Assembly: GCA_002189035.1 (NCBI GenBank)
Contig: NEEC01000422.1
Location: 1 to 25,237 of the forward strand
DNA length: 25,237 bases
From: Utricularia gibba
Taxonomy: Eukaryota > Plantae > Magnoliophyta
Direction: 5' to 3'
Shown: piece by piece, positions 22,300-25,237 of the stretch
Numbering within the stretch: position 1 is the first letter of the stretch
How the letters are laid out: every line of letters begins with the position of its first letter
Program-made: the position numbers and the translations under genes
The notes under the pieces: generated by a model
Told to the model about the DNA's origin: nothing
The model's database searches: none
The model's input: the letters and a program-made list of their open reading frames with translations, nothing else

Positions 22300-23515
22300 T
22301 AGGTGCACCCCAAGACCGCCTCCTCAAGTAAAAGTTGTTTGAAAAATCATGTGGGGTGCACGTGATATCGTAATTTAAACAAAGCATCATTTTTTTTAAT
22401 CAATTTGCATCCAGTTGACCTCATGAGCAATACATAATCGGGGTCAAGGACCAAGTTCCCAGCGACTGGCCGCACAAAACGAGAAGCTGTTCCTTGAAAA
22501 ACCATGTAGGTAGCCCCCAAAAACTGAACGTTAATAAATACATCACTTTATTTCCGAGCTACAACTAACTCTCGGCGCAAGCCAAACCTGACCTTTGTCC
22601 CGTTCCAGGTGCACCCCAAGACCCCTCCACAAGTATAAAGCAAGTTGTTGAAAAAATCATGTGGGGTGCACGTGATATCGTAATTTAAACAAAGGCATCA
22701 TTTTTTAATCGATTTGCATCCGGTTGACCTCATGAGCCATACAGAATCGGGGTCAAGGACCAGTTCCCAGCGAGACTGGCCGCCACAAAACGAGAAGCTG
22801 TTCTTGAAAAACCATGTAGGCAGCCCCAAAACTGAACGTTAATAAATACATCACTTTATTTCGAGCCAACTAACTCTCGGCGCAAGCCAAACCTGACCTT
22901 TGTCCCGTTCTAGGTGCCCAAGACCGCCTCCTCAAGTATAAAGTAAGTTTTGAAAAATCATGTGGGTGCACGTGATATCGTAATTTAAACAAAGGCATCA
23001 TTTTTTAATCGATTTGCATCCGGTTGACCTCATGAGCATACATAATCGGGTCAAGGACCAAGTTTCCAGCGAGACTGGCCGCCACAAAACGAGAAGCTGT
23101 TCCTTGAAAAACCATGTAGGCAGCCCCCAAAACTGAACGTTAATAAACATCACTTTATTTTGAGCTACAACTAACTCTCGGCGCAAGCCAAACCTGACCT
23201 TTGTCCCGTTCTAGGTGCACCCCAAGACCTCCTCAAGTATAAAGTAAGTTGTTGAAAAAATCATGTGGGTGCACGTGATATCGTAATTAAAAAGGCATCA
23301 TTTCTTTAATCATTTGCATCCGGTTGACCTCATGAGCCATACATAATCGGGGTCAAGGACCAAGTTCCAGCGAGACTGGCCGCCACAAAACGAGAAGCTG
23401 TTCCTTGAAAAACCATGTAGGCAGCCCCCGAAAACTGAACGTTAATAAATACATCACTTTATTTCCGAGCTACAACTAACTCTCGCGCAAGCCAAACCTG
23501 ACCTTTGTCCCGTTC

Positions 23516-23771
23516 TAGGTGCACCCCAAGACCGCCTCCTCTCTGTAACAGGAAAAAAACAGCTTTAATCAATTTCCATCCGGTTGACCTCATGAGCCAT
23601 ACATAATCGGGGTCAAGGACCAAGTTCCCAGCGAGACTGGCCGCCACAAACGAGAAGCTGTTGAAAAACCATGTGGTAGCCCCCAAAAACTGAACGTTAA
23701 TAAATACATCACTTTATTTCCGAGCTACAACTAACTCTCGGCGCAAGCCAAACCTGACCTTTGTCCCGTTC
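23516..23771 (+). repeat. Aberrant monomer (256 bp): ~78 bp of consensus replaced by a ~22-bp non-consensus patch
   Basis: After ACCGCCTCCTC the sequence reads TCTGTAACAGGAAAAAAACAGC (23542-23563) and rejoins the consensus at TTTAATC. Confidence 0.7.
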
Positions 23772-25237
23772 TAGGTGCACCCAAGACCGCCTCCTCAAGT
23801 AAAGTAAGTTGTTGAAAAAATCATGTGGGTGCACGTGATATCGTAATTTAAACAAAGGCATCATTTTTTTAATCGATTTGCATCCGGTTGACCTCATGAG
23901 CCATACAGAATCGGGGTCAAGGACCAAGTTCCCAGCGAGACTGGCCGCCACAAAACGAGAAGCTGTTCCTTGAAAAACCATGTAGGCAGCCCCAAAACTG
24001 AACGTTAATAAATACATCACTTTATTTGCCGATACAACTAACTCTCGGCGCAAGCCAAACCTGACCTTTGTCCCGTTCTAGGTGCACCCAAGACCGCCTC
24101 CTCAAGTATAAAGTAAGTTGTTAAAAATCATGTGGGTGCACGTGATATCGTAATTTAACAAAGGCATCTTAATCAATTTGCATCCGGTTGACCTCATGAG
24201 CATACATAATCGGGGTCAAGGACCAAGTTCCCAGCGAGACTGGCCGCCACAAAAGAGAAGCTGTTCCTTGAAAAACCATGTAGGAGCCCCCGAAAATGAA
24301 CGTTAATAAATACATCACTTTATTTTCCGAGCTACAACTAACTCTCGGCGCAAGCCAAACCTGACCTTGTCCCGTTCTAGGTGCACCCCAAGACCGCCTC
24401 CTCAAGTATAAAGTAAGTTGTTGAAAAAATCATGTGGGTGCACGTGATATCGTAATTTAAAAAAGGCATCATTTTTTTAATCAATTTGCATCCGGTTGAC
24501 CTCATGAGCCATACATAATCGGGGTCAAGGACCAAGTTCCCAGCGAGACTGGCCGCCACAAAACGAGAAGCTGTTCCTTGAAAAACCATGTAGGCAGCCC
24601 CCAAAACTGAACGTTAATAAATACATCACTTATTTTCCGTACAACTAACTCTCGGCGCAAGCCAAACCTGACCTTTGTCCCGTTCTAGGTGCACCCAAGA
24701 CCGCCTCCTCAAGTATAAAGTAAGTTGTTGAAAAATCATGTGGGTGCACGTGATATCGTAATTTAAAGAAAGGCATCATTTTCTTTAATCAATTCCATCC
24801 GGTTGACCTCATGAGCCATACAAATCGGGGTCAAGGACCAAGTTCCAGCGAGACTGGCCGCCACAAAGAAGCTGTTCCTTGAAAAACCATGTAGGCAGCC
24901 CCCGAAAACTGAACGTTAATAAATACATCACTTTATTTCCGAGCTACAACTAACTCTCGGCGCAAGCCAAACCTGACCTTTGTCCGTTCTAGGTGCACCC
25001 AAGACCGCCTCCTCAAGTATAAAGTAAGTTGTTGAAAAAATCATGTGGGGTGCACGTGATATCGTAATTTAAAAAGGCATCATTTTCTTTAATCGATTTC
25101 ATCCGGTTGACCTCATGAGCCATACAATCGGGGTCCAGGACCAAGTTCCCAGCGAGACTGGCCGCCACAAAACGAGAAGCTGTTCCTTGAAAACCATGTA
25201 GGAGCCCCCAAAAACTGAACGTTAATAAATACATCAC

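Larger units (their letters stand above)
1..25237. repeat. Tandem satellite DNA array, ~313-315-bp monomer, ~83 copies, all head-to-tail, running off both window ends
   Basis: The anchor (T/C)AGGTGCAC, slightly eroded in a few copies, recurs 83 times (31, 344, 660, 973, 1285 ... 24378, 24686, 24990). Spacing is mostly 304-316 bp and copies differ mainly by homopolymer length plus about 12 recurrent SNPs. Confidence 0.99.

Noticed and set aside
396-25237. About 70 ORFs of 61-130 aa, almost all on the minus strand (e.g. HLERDKGQVWLAPRVSCSS..., AAYMVFQGTASRFVAASLAGNL...)
   Set aside because: All are translations of the same monomer in different frames, joined or broken by homopolymer indels. 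Although 315 is divisible by 3, the clean monomer (8551-8865) hits stops (...ILYGS*, ...HVHPT*, ...LLYT*). No recognisable domain, so no CDS is called.
1-25237. Rolling-circle or concatemer read of one ~315-nt circle (viroid, retrozyme, microDNA, amplification artefact)
   Set aside because: Copies carry multi-site linked haplotypes in ordered, recurring arrangements and truncated alleles, which repeated copying of a single template would not produce.
1-25237. CRISPR array
   Set aside because: There are no unique spacers; the entire 315-bp unit is repeated, and no cas genes are present.
1-25237. Strict array-wide higher-order repeat
   Set aside because: Monomers M28-M44 and M51-M67 mostly disagree at lag 23, and truncated units at M17 and M64 have no counterpart 23 monomers away. 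Only partial periodicities are reported.

Overview
The whole 25,237-bp window is one uninterrupted head-to-tail tandem array of a ~313-315-bp, ~45% GC monomer. I counted 83 copies of the anchor (T/C)AGGTGCAC by hand, from position 31 to 24990, all in the same orientation, with no flanking unique sequence. It is best read as eukaryote-type satellite DNA; I do not recognise the family or species. No protein-coding gene, RNA gene, mobile element or CRISPR array is supportable, and every listed ORF is a frameshifted translation of the same monomer. Internal structure is visible at several scales: (1) each monomer is a diverged dimer of two ~157/158-bp halves; (2) linked SNP haplotypes mark a five-monomer cassette recurring every 23 monomers (~7.0 kb) and a local 3-monomer (~935-bp) periodicity; (3) four ~175-191-bp truncated monomers are always followed by the same haplotype; (4) each monomer carries three short inverted repeats. 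Homopolymer indels that increase toward the 3' end suggest a single or unpolished long read, so variant-based claims need independent confirmation. Monomer numbers (M1-M83) follow anchor order, and all counts and alignments were done by hand.
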